Of a stretch of 64,000 bases of DNA, positions 31,188 to 41,350 are shown piece by piece. Made by a program: the position numbers and the translations under genes. Below the pieces are notes generated by a model, which worked only from the letters and a program-made list of their open reading frames with translations, searched no databases and was not told the DNA's origin. The DNA comes from Sedimentisphaerales bacterium (GTDB taxonomy: Bacteria > Planctomycetota > Phycisphaerae > Sedimentisphaerales > SM23-30). Location of the stretch: assembly GCA_963666285.1 (NCBI GenBank), contig OY762711.1; one strand, given 5' to 3'. Position 1 is the first letter of the stretch; the number at the start of each line of letters is the position of its first letter.

Positions 31188-32348
31188 TTACCCTTCCTTC
31201 TTAACTATTCGCTCTTTTACCTTATCGATTGCCCTGGGTATCTCTTTTAGAACAGATTCATATTCAAATTTCAACGGACATTCAATATCCTGAGTATTTA
31301 CAATGCCATCAAGCTCTATTAATTTACTATTTAGAAAATCTACTACCTGCTCATCTTTTCCAATACACCCAAGCATATGTGCTGACATCATGCTCAAATC
31401 GTTAAAAGTGCCTTTAATTATTTCAATTGCATCAACATATGGATACAGCTTTGCTATTGCAATTACCAGGTAATAACGACTATCGGCATAAACCGGATTC
31501 TTTACAGCTTCCACCACCCATTCTTTTACATTAGTAACATCACAAAAGGCAATTATCCCGGCTATAGCCCACCTTAACTGGCTATCACTTTCAAGATCTT
31601 CATATATTTCCGCAAGCAGTTTCCCATCAATCTCACCATCTATTCGTCGCAGCGCATAAACGATCACTTCCCTCGCTCTATTATTTTTCGTACTCCCCAG
31701 ATGTTTTAACAGAATCATTTCTTCAGCAGAACTCAAATAATCATCCAGGAACTTATATTCCATCACAAACTCAACATCAAATCCATTATCATTTAGCTCT
31801 TTAATAATTCTTCCATGCTCTGTTTCATATTCCTCTCCATAATCCTGCGTTACAAACAAAGCTTCTTTCCTTGCCACAGCTAAATTCTTCTTATCCTTTC
31901 TGTACCGCTTCGGCCGCCCATGACTATAATCTTCAACCTCACCACCGGTCACCTCTTTACGAGCATCATGCAGCTTGTACTTTTTCTTCCTGCCCTTAAC
32001 CCCAAGGCTCTTTCTCAGCTCCAGCAACACCTGTTCACGTTCCCGAATAGTTTTTTCGTCCGCCTCCAGCCCTTCCCAATTCCGCAGGTCGATATCTCTC
32101 TCGATTATCTCGATAGCTTTCTCTTTCACTTTTTTTTCAATATTCCCGGATTCCAGCTGTATCTTTGCTAACGGCAGCCAGAAACTACCGCAATATTCAG
32201 ATTCCAGGTCTGCATCATCAGCAAATTCATCGATCAGTTTATCAACTGCCTCTTCAATACTCAGCCCTTCACTAATCAAATCCTCATACCAGTCACGCAC
32301 ATCACATGCTGCATCATTTTCAAATATACCTGCACCCCAGGTTCCCAT
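31188..32348 (-). CDS. DUF4259-like N-terminal domain fused to HEAT-repeat-like domain
   Basis: MGTWGAGIFENDAACD start; helical C-half 'ILLKHL..REVIVYAL..LRWAIA'. Confidence 0.6.
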   Translation of the reverse strand: MGTWGAGIFENDAACDVRDWYEDLISEGLSIEEAVDKLIDEFADDADLESEYCGSFWLPLAKIQLESGNIEKKVKEKAIEIIERDIDLRNWEGLEADEKTIREREQVLLELRKSLGVKGRKKKYKLHDARKEVTGGEVEDYSHGRPKRYRKDKKNLAVARKEALFVTQDYGEEYETEHGRIIKELNDNGFDVEFVMEYKFLDDYLSSAEEMILLKHLGSTKNNRAREVIVYALRRIDGEIDGKLLAEIYEDLESDSQLRWAIAGIIAFCDVTNVKEWVVEAVKNPVYADSRYYLVIAIAKLYPYVDAIEIIKGTFNDLSMMSAHMLGCIGKDEQVVDFLNSKLIELDGIVNTQDIECPLKFEYESVLKEIPRAIDKVKERIVKKEG

Positions 32349-32463
32349 AAACTATATTCCTTTCCATTTCCGCCAACCACTATACCTTCTAATTATTTTT
32401 TTCGTGTCTTTCGTGAATTTTCGTGGTTAAGCATTTTTAGCCGCAGACGATTAAAAATAAGTT

Positions 32464-32514
32464 GTGAGCAACAGCGAATTATTCCTGATGTCAACGTACA
32501 TCAGGACACCTTAA
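32464..32514 (+). repeat. 51-bp palindrome-containing direct repeat, copy 2
   Basis: See 28608-28658. Confidence 0.9.
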
Positions 32515-32713
32515 TTTTTCATTTTTCACTATTCATTTTTCATTTAGCGAAGCTTGCCTCTCCTACTATCTTTCCTTCTATCTTCTAACTCTTTCCTCTT
32601 CACTATCTTCATGAACTTCATGGTAAAAAACAAATATTAAAATATCCGTTTTTCCACACGAACCTGTCCGCCCAAAAACACAACAACACCACTTTTCGCC
32701 CTTTCCCAGCCAA

Positions 32714-33973
32714 CTACTCTCTTCTCCTGCACACCATATCCAAAACAACTCCCGTTATCCAGCCCGGCATCAAACCGGCCCAAACTCCAAACGGCACTCC
32801 CGCCAGCATCGGCATCAGAGTCATCTCTTTATGATAGACCATCAGGAAAGCATGCAGCAGCGTCGAACAGATAAGCCCCGTAATCGCGCCATAATATGTA
32901 CTCCACGCTTCAATATGTTTATACTCACTTCTATATTTCAAACCGGCCATCTGCAATACAAATAAAGCACCCACAACACAACCAAAAACAATCCCGGCCG
33001 GATGGAAATTATCATATATCCCTTCTCTCACTATCTGCAGCCCGTAAATTCCCTCTGCCGCCGAACCCAAAAATCCGCCCGCAGCTGCACCAACCGCACC
33101 AACAACCAGCATAAGCGGAATACTTATCAAAATACTCCTCCTGTTCCGCCATACTATATATACTCCTCCAACCGCAGCGATAACGGCAAAACCATATACC
33201 GCCATATCATTATGATCCGGCTCCGGCAGTTCTTCCAAGCCCCAGCGCAGATACTTAGCTCTGGATGTCTTCACAACTTTCTCGCTGCCGTCACCCATCA
33301 TACAACATATCGTCCGGCCAACCCTGCCAACCATCTCATCATAACCGCCAACCTCCCCCCATTTATCATCATACATCGCCACACCTAGTACCATATCATC
33401 CGGCATAGCATCTCCCAGCTCAAGGGCCGCTGGATTCAAAACCATCGCATACATCTCTCTTATACCATATTCCTTCAACTTACCTTCCGGAAACAACTCT
33501 TCATACCACCCCTCCGCTGGCGGATAAGCTCCGTCATGCAATTCGGCATAATCTGTAAGCGACTTATACACTCCCTCAATATTCTCATTCGAAGGATAAT
33601 GACTCCATGACATAAACATATTATCAATCAACCCAAATATTCCCACCATGCCAACTATAAGAGTAAAAAGCAAAGCCGCTATTTTATTAAATGGTTTACC
33701 GTATTCTCCTAATAATACCTTCGCCTCTGCCTTCTCCAGCTTTTCTGTACAGGACTTTAGCTTAAATAAACAATATCCAGCCTGTAACGCCAGTAAAACC
33801 AGAAATAATACTGCGTTCATACCAATTGATACTGAAATCGCTATTACTAACACCAGCAAGGTTACAATCGAATGCACATACAAGCGAAACGCATATTTCA
33901 AACTCAAGGCTATTTCATTTACATCTACTTCGCCGCCGTCAGCTTCAACCTTATTTTCTATTTCTTCGGTCAT
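32714..33973 (-). CDS. Hypothetical multi-pass membrane protein
   Basis: 419-aa ORF, about 8 hydrophobic segments around a soluble loop. Confidence 0.7.
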   Translation of the reverse strand: MTEEIENKVEADGGEVDVNEIALSLKYAFRLYVHSIVTLLVLVIAISVSIGMNAVLFLVLLALQAGYCLFKLKSCTEKLEKAEAKVLLGEYGKPFNKIAALLFTLIVGMVGIFGLIDNMFMSWSHYPSNENIEGVYKSLTDYAELHDGAYPPAEGWYEELFPEGKLKEYGIREMYAMVLNPAALELGDAMPDDMVLGVAMYDDKWGEVGGYDEMVGRVGRTICCMMGDGSEKVVKTSRAKYLRWGLEELPEPDHNDMAVYGFAVIAAVGGVYIVWRNRRSILISIPLMLVVGAVGAAAGGFLGSAAEGIYGLQIVREGIYDNFHPAGIVFGCVVGALFVLQMAGLKYRSEYKHIEAWSTYYGAITGLICSTLLHAFLMVYHKEMTLMPMLAGVPFGVWAGLMPGWITGVVLDMVCRRRE

Positions 33974-34016
33974 AATTTATTAACACCATTCCATTCTGTC
34001 CATCTCGTCCATAAAG

Positions 34017-34733
34017 TCAATCTTTCACCACCTCATCTTTCAATCCCAGATTACCACACCCATTATCCATCAACGACCATTTATACAAGCCATAACAGGC
34101 ATTCAGCAAAAATACTGACCACATTGTTGTCATTATCCAATCTCCCGCCAGAACCCACATAACTACAGTAACAATATCAACAACAATCCACAATATCCAT
34201 TGCTCGCGATATCGAAATACCATCAGCGCATTTGCGATCACTGATAATATTGTACTCGTACTGTCAAGCCAGGTAGCGTTTCCCTTAAGTTCTGACAAAA
34301 TAACCTGATAACCAGATACAAAAATTCCTGAGATTACCAGGTAAATACATATTTGAGACATACTCATTTTTTTACATCTTACACTGTTTGATGATTCATT
34401 ATAATTACGGCTCCATATAAATAAACCTATAAATTGCGTTGGCAGATAGTACAAGGCATTCAGCATAACTTCACCGTAATACCTGTTCAGCCACGCAATA
34501 ATTATATATCCGAATATATTGAAAAAGCCCCAGTAATATTGCGACTTCCTGCCGGCAGCACAAAGCACAACACATACTATTCCGCAAACTGCCGCTATTG
34601 AACTGACAAGAATATACCACCATGGATTTACCTTATCAATTGCCGCAAAATATACAGTAAATATAACTACAGCTAATATTTCAAACCATTGAAACGGAGT
34701 AAAATAGCTTCTTATCCTGTCAAATACCCTCAT
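34017..34733 (-). CDS. pnuC: Nicotinamide riboside transporter
   Basis: 'GIVCVVLCA.G', 'YGE', 'WLDSTST', 'RYREQWILWIVVD'; overlaps nadR. Confidence 0.9.
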   Translation of the reverse strand: MRVFDRIRSYFTPFQWFEILAVVIFTVYFAAIDKVNPWWYILVSSIAAVCGIVCVVLCAAGRKSQYYWGFFNIFGYIIIAWLNRYYGEVMLNALYYLPTQFIGLFIWSRNYNESSNSVRCKKMSMSQICIYLVISGIFVSGYQVILSELKGNATWLDSTSTILSVIANALMVFRYREQWILWIVVDIVTVVMWVLAGDWIMTTMWSVFLLNACYGLYKWSLMDNGCGNLGLKDEVVKD

Positions 34734-35748
34734 TACAACTAGCCTTTTTAAACAATCGGTCTATCTTACAAACTGCTGATTTAAAACGGTTATGATAATC
34801 ACCGTCAATACATTCAAACTCGAACCCATATCTACTATAGATCTCTTTAATTGCATTACTGTATTTCTCCCTGTCAGCTGCAATGACTTCGCTCCGGTCA
34901 CCATCCTGAATAAACGCAACATCAGGCTCTAGAAACAAAATTAAATCATAATTATTGTGTTTTGAAATTACTCTGGCAAGCTCAGCGTTTTTTTTCTTAT
35001 TCTTATCTTCCAGAAAATCAATATAAAATAAGGTTGTCAGACAATCGGTATCTTCAAACAAGACACGGTTACTGCTTTTTAAAGCTTCTAATTGCCTGAT
35101 CTTATGCTGATAAAGAATATCTGCAAAATCTTCCGGGACCATCATTAGGTCAGTCCCCGATCGTGCAGAAATCTCTCGCCCAACTTCCTCAACATAGTTC
35201 GTATTATAATAATTTGCCAGGTTAACAGTAAGAGTTGATTTGCCGGAACTTTCGCCTCCGATAAGTAAAACTTTTTTAACATAGTAAGGTTTTACGATAT
35301 TAGGTAGATTGTCCCAGTTACCGTAAACATCTTCCCTTATCTCTGTTGATGAAACATTATCTCGTTCAATTATTACATGGTCTGCATCCGGATAACATTT
35401 CGACCAGAAACTGTTATTACCATAATCACTTCCACAGAATACAGCATCGATTTTTTCACCTGCAAAAAACTTCACTTTCTCGGCATCATCCAGCCAGCAG
35501 TTCTCATCATATTCATCTTTACTTTTCGCCTCATCTCGCAAAATGAATATTCTGACATTCCCGATATGCCTGGTAAGCTGATATATCCAGCGATACCTGA
35601 CCCTGACATCGATCTCTTCCCTGTTAACACCTTCGCTGATTACTATTAACAGGCATTTACATTGATTCGCTGCCTCAATAATACAGCGGACATGTCCCAT
35701 ATGAAGTGGATTAAAACTACCACCAAACATTCCACATTTATACTTCAT
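34720..35748 (-). CDS. nadR: NMN adenylyltransferase / ribosylnicotinamide kinase (NadR without HTH)
   Basis: GSFNPLHMGH, SSTEIR, GGESSGKSTL, DTD, QDGDR. Confidence 0.88.
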   Translation of the reverse strand: MKYKCGMFGGSFNPLHMGHVRCIIEAANQCKCLLIVISEGVNREEIDVRVRYRWIYQLTRHIGNVRIFILRDEAKSKDEYDENCWLDDAEKVKFFAGEKIDAVFCGSDYGNNSFWSKCYPDADHVIIERDNVSSTEIREDVYGNWDNLPNIVKPYYVKKVLLIGGESSGKSTLTVNLANYYNTNYVEEVGREISARSGTDLMMVPEDFADILYQHKIRQLEALKSSNRVLFEDTDCLTTLFYIDFLEDKNKKKNAELARVISKHNNYDLILFLEPDVAFIQDGDRSEVIAADREKYSNAIKEIYSRYGFEFECIDGDYHNRFKSAVCKIDRLFKKASCNEGI

Positions 35749-36120
35749 TTATACTCCACATCTTAAACCTGACATATAATTAAATCCGCTCGCCGCTCCG
35801 CTGCATATTTTACCTGATAGTCACTGACTATTCAATACAGCCTTCTTTTCTTCGAATCTGGATAACCTGTGCAAATTTATCATTTATTTCGCGAGCTGTA
35901 ACGAGCCTTCTAAATATTATCCGTGTGCATCGGTATTCATAGGTGGTTCTCTTTTTTTGAATTTTGAATTCTTAATTTTGAATTAATTATAATCTGTGGA
36001 CAAATAAATCACCATTCCCAATTCTACCATCAACTCTAATATAATCCAAATCCAAAATTCGTGTCCTTTCGCTCCATTCTTCCCTCTTACCTCTTACTTT
36101 TTACCTGTATCCGCTTCCCC

Positions 36121-36245
36121 CCTCCCCTTATGCCTTATCCCCTATCTCTTATCCCTTATCCCTTATGCCTTATGCCTTATCCCTTATCCCTTATCCCATA
36201 TCCCTTATCTCTTATGCCTCTCAAACTGACCATCGGTCAGTTTGA
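36121..36245 (+). repeat. Heptamer tract (CCTTAT[C/G])n followed by REP-like palindrome
   Basis: About 13 heptamer units, then TCAAACTGACC-atc-GGTCAGTTTGA; same junction at 63948-64000. Confidence 0.85.
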
Positions 36246-36469
36246 ATTAATAATTTATTGTGGCCTCCTCCAACCTTTCCCGCTATCATAAATCCTGCTA
36301 TGGCATTTTATCTCAACAAGACCCAACACAACCAACTTACCGCGCCAGCCTTTAAAATAAGGTTCTGTACCGTACGGTGCTGGACACCTTCTTTACATTT
36401 TTTATTTTACACTTTACCCTTTTCAAACTCATCCCAAAATCATAACAAAACAAAACATCTTATCGCTAT

Positions 36470-37195
36470 ATGACCACCCAACCAAACAACCATTATGAAC
36501 AAGCCTTCCAGGCATACCTCGACTCACGCGAGCAGCCCTACGTAACTATCTCACAGGCTCGCAAAGCCATCATCCACGGCACAGCCCAAAAGAGTTTCGA
36601 CTTCATCGTTCACAAACCCAATGGCACCGCGATGCTCATTGATATCAAGGGCAGAAAGTTAAAATTTTCTTACTTCAAAAATGACAGACCTGGCCAAAAC
36701 TGGGTCACCTCCGACGACGTTGACTCCATGCTCAAGTGGCAAGCCCACTTTGGCGAAACCCACTTCCCGCTGTTTATTTTCGCATACTGGATTTTCGACA
36801 TCCACTCTCCGTACTATTTTTCGCTCACGCGCCGGACCCTTCCGGACCCGCCCCGGAACACACCGCGATCATCCACTCACCCTCCATTCGCCGCCGTTCC
36901 ACGCCGTTTTAAACGCCAACGATTCGCCCTTCCGTCACCCCTCCGTTTACCGCCGCACTACCGCCTCATTACCCCGCTTTCGGTCCCCGCTGCCTGCAAA
37001 CAGATTGTCAACCCGCAACCCCCTTCTTCTGACAGCTGCTTCATGCACAACTCCAGGTTATACTGGTTCGTCGCCATAAACGTCTCCGACTACCAGGCAC
37101 TCATGACCACCCGCAGCCCAAAATGGCATACAGTAAACCTGCCCGCCCATAAATTCCGACTGCTCTGCAAACCATTTCACCACTTTTTATCTTAG
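36470..37195 (+). CDS. HYExAFE family protein (nuclease-like) with internal Pro/Arg-rich insert
   Basis: NHYEQAF, KSFDFIV, DIKGRK, NWVT.DD, FAYW, RSPKW.TV.LP..FR. Confidence 0.8.
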   Translation: MTTQPNNHYEQAFQAYLDSREQPYVTISQARKAIIHGTAQKSFDFIVHKPNGTAMLIDIKGRKLKFSYFKNDRPGQNWVTSDDVDSMLKWQAHFGETHFPLFIFAYWIFDIHSPYYFSLTRRTLPDPPRNTPRSSTHPPFAAVPRRFKRQRFALPSPLRLPPHYRLITPLSVPAACKQIVNPQPPSSDSCFMHNSRLYWFVAINVSDYQALMTTRSPKWHTVNLPAHKFRLLCKPFHHFLS

Positions 37196-37362
37196 ACAAA
37201 ACCAGTCAAAACGGATAATATATAGTCCGATGAACAAGCATGTTCCTCTTTGGTAATTATGGCATAAGTATCTTTAGATTAGGTTGTTATATATTGCTGC
37301 TTTTTATAATTCAGCATTCATAATTTATTTTTTATATTAACTCATCATTTGTACTTTTGAAT

Positions 37363-38076
37363 ATGGACTTCGACTTAAATACTGTTATCCTGGGACTCGT
37401 CTGGTACGCGGTCTTCCTCATATCCGCTATCGCACACGAAGCGGCACACGCTCTCGCAGCCTTCAAGCTCGGCGACCGCACCGCCTACCACGGCGGACAG
37501 GTCTCACTCGACCCCATACCGCACATGCGACAGGAACCGCTAGGCATGATACTATTCCCGATAGTATCCTTCTTCCTCAACGGTTGGATGTTTGGCTGGG
37601 CCAGCTGCCCGTACGACCCTTATTGGGCCGCCCGTAACCCTAAAAAATCCGGCATAATGTCAATTGCCGGACCTGCTGCGAACCTGATATTAATGCTTGC
37701 AGCACTTATATTTATAAAAATCATGATTGCCGTCGGACTCTTTGTTCCACCAGATACCATAAGATTCCCGCTCATCGCTCAGGCTGCCCAACCCGGATTT
37801 ACCCATGCCCTTGCAATGTTCTCCGGCATCACCTTCGGACTAAATCTGCTATTGCTGCTGTTCAACCTGCTGCCGCTGCCGCCTCTTGATGGCTTCGGCG
37901 CACTTGCACTTGTACTTGACGAAAGAACTTATAACAATTTCAAACAGAAACTATACCAGACTCCAGGCGTATCGCTAATCGGATTTATTATCGCCTGGCA
38001 TATTTTCCCGTTTTTTTTCGACCCTATATACAACATCGCTATAAAGATCTTATATCCTGGATATATATACAGTTAA
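37363..38076 (+). CDS. Site-2 protease family (M50) metalloprotease
   Basis: HEAAH, GDRTA, AGPAAN, FNLLPLPPLDG. Confidence 0.92.
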   Translation: MDFDLNTVILGLVWYAVFLISAIAHEAAHALAAFKLGDRTAYHGGQVSLDPIPHMRQEPLGMILFPIVSFFLNGWMFGWASCPYDPYWAARNPKKSGIMSIAGPAANLILMLAALIFIKIMIAVGLFVPPDTIRFPLIAQAAQPGFTHALAMFSGITFGLNLLLLLFNLLPLPPLDGFGALALVLDERTYNNFKQKLYQTPGVSLIGFIIAWHIFPFFFDPIYNIAIKILYPGYIYS

Positions 38077-38107
38077 GTAACTTTCCGAACATATACGGAG
38101 CAATAAT

Positions 38108-38527
38108 ATGACCCCAAAATACATCATCGCTCTTCAATGTCATATCGTTAAAGAACGCTGCAGCGGATACCTGTGCGAAGAGTCTTTCTATAACCGCCAG
38201 GGCGGTTTCTCCGGCTACCCCAAAGATGCCGATATCCGATACCTCAGCTTCACCTGCGGCGGATGTTGCGGCAGAGCGACCCTCCGTAAACTCGCTAACG
38301 CATTGAAACTGCTGAAGAAACGGGCCGACATAGACTCAGCCGAGGTCGTTCTCCACTACTCCAGCTGTATGTGCCGCGAAAGCTTTCACGGGCCAAAATG
38401 CCCACACTTTGACTATATCCAGGAACTGGTTAGTAGAAAAGAACTTACAACCGTTGAAGGAACCCAGATCAGCGACAAGACTTCCTCACGACTCGACGAA
38501 AACGGCAAATGGCATAAACCAGAATGA
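38108..38527 (+). CDS. CGGC domain-containing protein
   Basis: CSGYLC, TCGGCCG, SSCM, CPH. Confidence 0.85.
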   Translation: MTPKYIIALQCHIVKERCSGYLCEESFYNRQGGFSGYPKDADIRYLSFTCGGCCGRATLRKLANALKLLKKRADIDSAEVVLHYSSCMCRESFHGPKCPHFDYIQELVSRKELTTVEGTQISDKTSSRLDENGKWHKPE

Positions 38528-38587
38528 CATAAATAGTAGCAATAGTTACATAATTGAGAATACGTAATAACGATACTTAGTTAGAAT

Positions 38588-39610
38588 ATGCTATACAATC
38601 CTCCATATAAAATCACTCCAAATATACTTCACTTAGTTGAACAAATCGGGGAAGCTCTTGGGCGATATTCAATACTTGCAGGAGACCAAGATCTAAAGCT
38701 TAGAAGGATTAAACGCATTCAAACCCTTCAAGGTTCACTGGCTATTGAAGGTAACACTCTGTCAGAAGAGCAGATAAGTACGATACTTGACGGGAAAACA
38801 ATTATTGCTCCTCCCAGGGAAATACAAGAAGTAAAAAATGCCATTAAAGCATATGATCAATATCAAAAATGGAATCCTTCAAGTCAGGTTGATTTATTAT
38901 TCGCTCATAAACTGTTAACTGAAGCACTCTTAGATAGACCAGGGTATTATCGAAGCTCTAACGTTGGGGTGGCTGGTCCAACTGAGGTAATTCATATTGC
39001 CCCCCCTGCCGATAAAGTCCCTCAACTTATGAACAACCTGCTTAATTGGCTTGATTCAACTAATGAACATCCACTTATCAGCAGTTGTGTTTTTCATTAT
39101 GAATTCGAATTCATCCACCCTTTTGATGATGGCAATGGCCGCGTCGGGAGATTATGGCAAACTCTAATCCTTACTAAATGGAATCAGCTTTTTGCATCGA
39201 TCCCTATTGAAAGCATGATATACTTACATCAAAGTGAATATTATGATGCAATCGCACAAAGCTCTAAGGATGGTCAAAGTACTGTATTTATTGAATTTAT
39301 GCTTAAAATTATTCTTATGGAAATCAAAAAGTCTTCAAGTACTTCCGACCCAGTTAGCGCCCCAGTTAGCGCCCCAGTAAATTTACTCCTAAAATTACTT
39401 TTTAAACATAAAGATCAACAATTTAGCCCTTCGCTATTAATGAAAAAATTGGGATTATCACACAGGCCGACTTTTCGTAAAAACTATTTATATCCTGCTT
39501 TAGAGCTAAACCTTATAGAAATGACCATTCCGGAAAAACCAAGCAGCAGGAACCAAAAATATCAACTTACCAATAAAGGTAAAGCTTACATTAGTTCCAA
39601 TGCAAAATAG
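38588..39610 (+). CDS. Fic family protein with C-terminal HTH
   Basis: SLAIEGN inhibitory motif, HPFDDGNGRVGR, C-terminal 'FRKNYLYPAL..EMTIPEKPSSRNQKY'. Confidence 0.92.
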   Translation: MLYNPPYKITPNILHLVEQIGEALGRYSILAGDQDLKLRRIKRIQTLQGSLAIEGNTLSEEQISTILDGKTIIAPPREIQEVKNAIKAYDQYQKWNPSSQVDLLFAHKLLTEALLDRPGYYRSSNVGVAGPTEVIHIAPPADKVPQLMNNLLNWLDSTNEHPLISSCVFHYEFEFIHPFDDGNGRVGRLWQTLILTKWNQLFASIPIESMIYLHQSEYYDAIAQSSKDGQSTVFIEFMLKIILMEIKKSSSTSDPVSAPVSAPVNLLLKLLFKHKDQQFSPSLLMKKLGLSHRPTFRKNYLYPALELNLIEMTIPEKPSSRNQKYQLTNKGKAYISSNAK

Positions 39611-39680
39611 CTCTCAATTTAAGCAAAACAGCAAATGGCATAAACCCCTATAGTAACCTACCTCCCGGCTGTCTGTGCAA

Positions 39681-40574
39681 TTACTCTCTTACCAGGTAAA
39701 TACTTGATACAAAACCATTTATGTTTTTATCAGTTGACCATACCAGTTTCTTGTCACGGGTTATCTCCACTACCGCCCCACCTGATGATCCGCCGTGGCC
39801 GCCCCAATTGCAAACCATTATATTGCCATTACTTAAAATAGCAAAGTCAGCTATAAAACCAAACGTAACCCCTTCAATATCATTCTGACCAACTTCCCAG
39901 ACTATATTATTATCCTTATCTACTTCAATCAGCCGATGCTCATCACCACAGGCTATCATGGTATTACCATTTTCAAGCCTCTCGCATGCAAACCGACCTG
40001 CCGGAAATGTACGCATCAATGTACCGTCAGAACTATACTCACGTGATTTGCCGCCATTTTTCTGTTGAGATGTCAGGTAAGTACCAGCAACTGTCTTGCG
40101 TACCTGTCGAAAAGAGGTGTGCGCTCCCTTTTGCCCTTCAACTTCTATCTTCTTGTATTCATTACCTTTAGAGTCTATCTCTACCAGATAAGAACCTTCA
40201 TTCGAGGAGTAACCTACCAGGAATCTATCCTCACCTATAGGCTGGCACGCATGACATTCTGATCCTGTCGGAGATTTTACCTCCCAGATTATTTCTGCAC
40301 CAACACCCAAAGCGTAGTTTGGTCGTACCTCGCGGATACCATTTTTTCTGGAATAGACAATATTACCACTTTCCAGCAGCCAGATATCTGACACCTCATG
40401 CTTTTCTTCCATCTGCCAGATTACCCGGCTTTCGCCATCTATCAGCATCACACTGCCAAAGTTACAACCACTAATAAATATTCGACGCTCCGGTTCAGCA
40501 GCTAAAACACCAGATACTGTCGCCAGTATAACTAAACACAAAACTATTACTCGAAGTACTAAATTGCTCATCAT
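39681..40574 (-). CDS. Secreted beta-propeller protein
   Basis: Signal peptide; repeats LESGNI / LENGNT / LSNGNI, 'IEVDKDNNIVWE', 'VEITRDKKLVW'. Confidence 0.7.
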   Translation of the reverse strand: MMSNLVLRVIVLCLVILATVSGVLAAEPERRIFISGCNFGSVMLIDGESRVIWQMEEKHEVSDIWLLESGNIVYSRKNGIREVRPNYALGVGAEIIWEVKSPTGSECHACQPIGEDRFLVGYSSNEGSYLVEIDSKGNEYKKIEVEGQKGAHTSFRQVRKTVAGTYLTSQQKNGGKSREYSSDGTLMRTFPAGRFACERLENGNTMIACGDEHRLIEVDKDNNIVWEVGQNDIEGVTFGFIADFAILSNGNIMVCNWGGHGGSSGGAVVEITRDKKLVWSTDKNINGFVSSIYLVRE

Positions 40575-40667
40575 AATATCTTTATTCACAAGGCATTAAA
40601 TTGAATTTGGAAAACTCATTAGTCTTTATAAATTTCAAGCATATTGTACTGTTGCTAACACAGTATA

Positions 40668-41153
40668 TTACTCTTCCTTTATCCCAAATACTTTCATCCA
40701 GTATTTGGTTTCAGCCGGCGTCAAACCCTGGAACTTCTGCTCCGCGTCACGCGGAGCCGGGGCCGGACGATCATAACGCCTTACCATCTCCGCTAGGTAT
40801 TCATGGCTGGTTAGCGATATCGCCTTTCGCCTTTTTGCCGCTGCTCGCACCCGACGGTCACTGCTGACAACTGTCAAACGCTTAGGTGCAGAGTCATGGT
40901 CAAGAATATCTTCAATCAAGGTATCGGCATCTGTATCATAATCGCCACTGTAATATATACTTAGACCGCCTAGCTGAACTATATCCTCACGTCCGCGAGG
41001 ACGGATCCCATCAAAGATCATCTTGCCCGGCTGCTTGATATAATGCAGGTCTCCGGCAATATATTCACACAAACTCATTACAGTAATATCTGACCACTGT
41101 TCAAGTGCCTTTCTTGCTGCGTGATATATATTGTAACCGTCAAATATATACAT
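40668..41153 (-). CDS. NYN/YacP-like RNase domain protein
   Basis: IFDGYN, IFDG, DADTLIE, VVSSDR. Confidence 0.85.
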   Translation of the reverse strand: MYIFDGYNIYHAARKALEQWSDITVMSLCEYIAGDLHYIKQPGKMIFDGIRPRGREDIVQLGGLSIYYSGDYDTDADTLIEDILDHDSAPKRLTVVSSDRRVRAAAKRRKAISLTSHEYLAEMVRRYDRPAPAPRDAEQKFQGLTPAETKYWMKVFGIKEE

Positions 41154-41350
41154 TATCAAAAATAAATCCGGCATAAATATCCGGATTTGCAATAATCAAA
41201 TTTCAATTTATGATGATATAAAATATTGTAAATAAATGCATTACATAACAAAACAATAATTTTATCAGGGAAAATAACTGGAATTGGAAGGTTTTTACCA
41301 TCTATTAATAGTTTCGGCACAAAACCAATCCAGCTTTACTGGATTTTTCA

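Noticed and set aside
35749..35900. NAD+-II (pnuC) riboswitch upstream of nadR-pnuC
   Set aside because: Could not identify the conserved stem and A-rich pseudoknot tail
28608..36245. Possible CRISPR array or integron attC array
   Set aside because: No regularly spaced repeats with unique spacers, no cas or integrase gene, no clear attC core sites
36061..36291. 76-aa ORF with (PYPLSLI)n
   Set aside because: Translation artefact of the CCTTATC heptamer tract; no RBS
39347..39379. 12-bp tandem repeat (PVSA) in the Fic linker as a phase-variation switch
   Set aside because: Unit is a multiple of 3, so the frame is unaffected; such linkers are common in this Fic class
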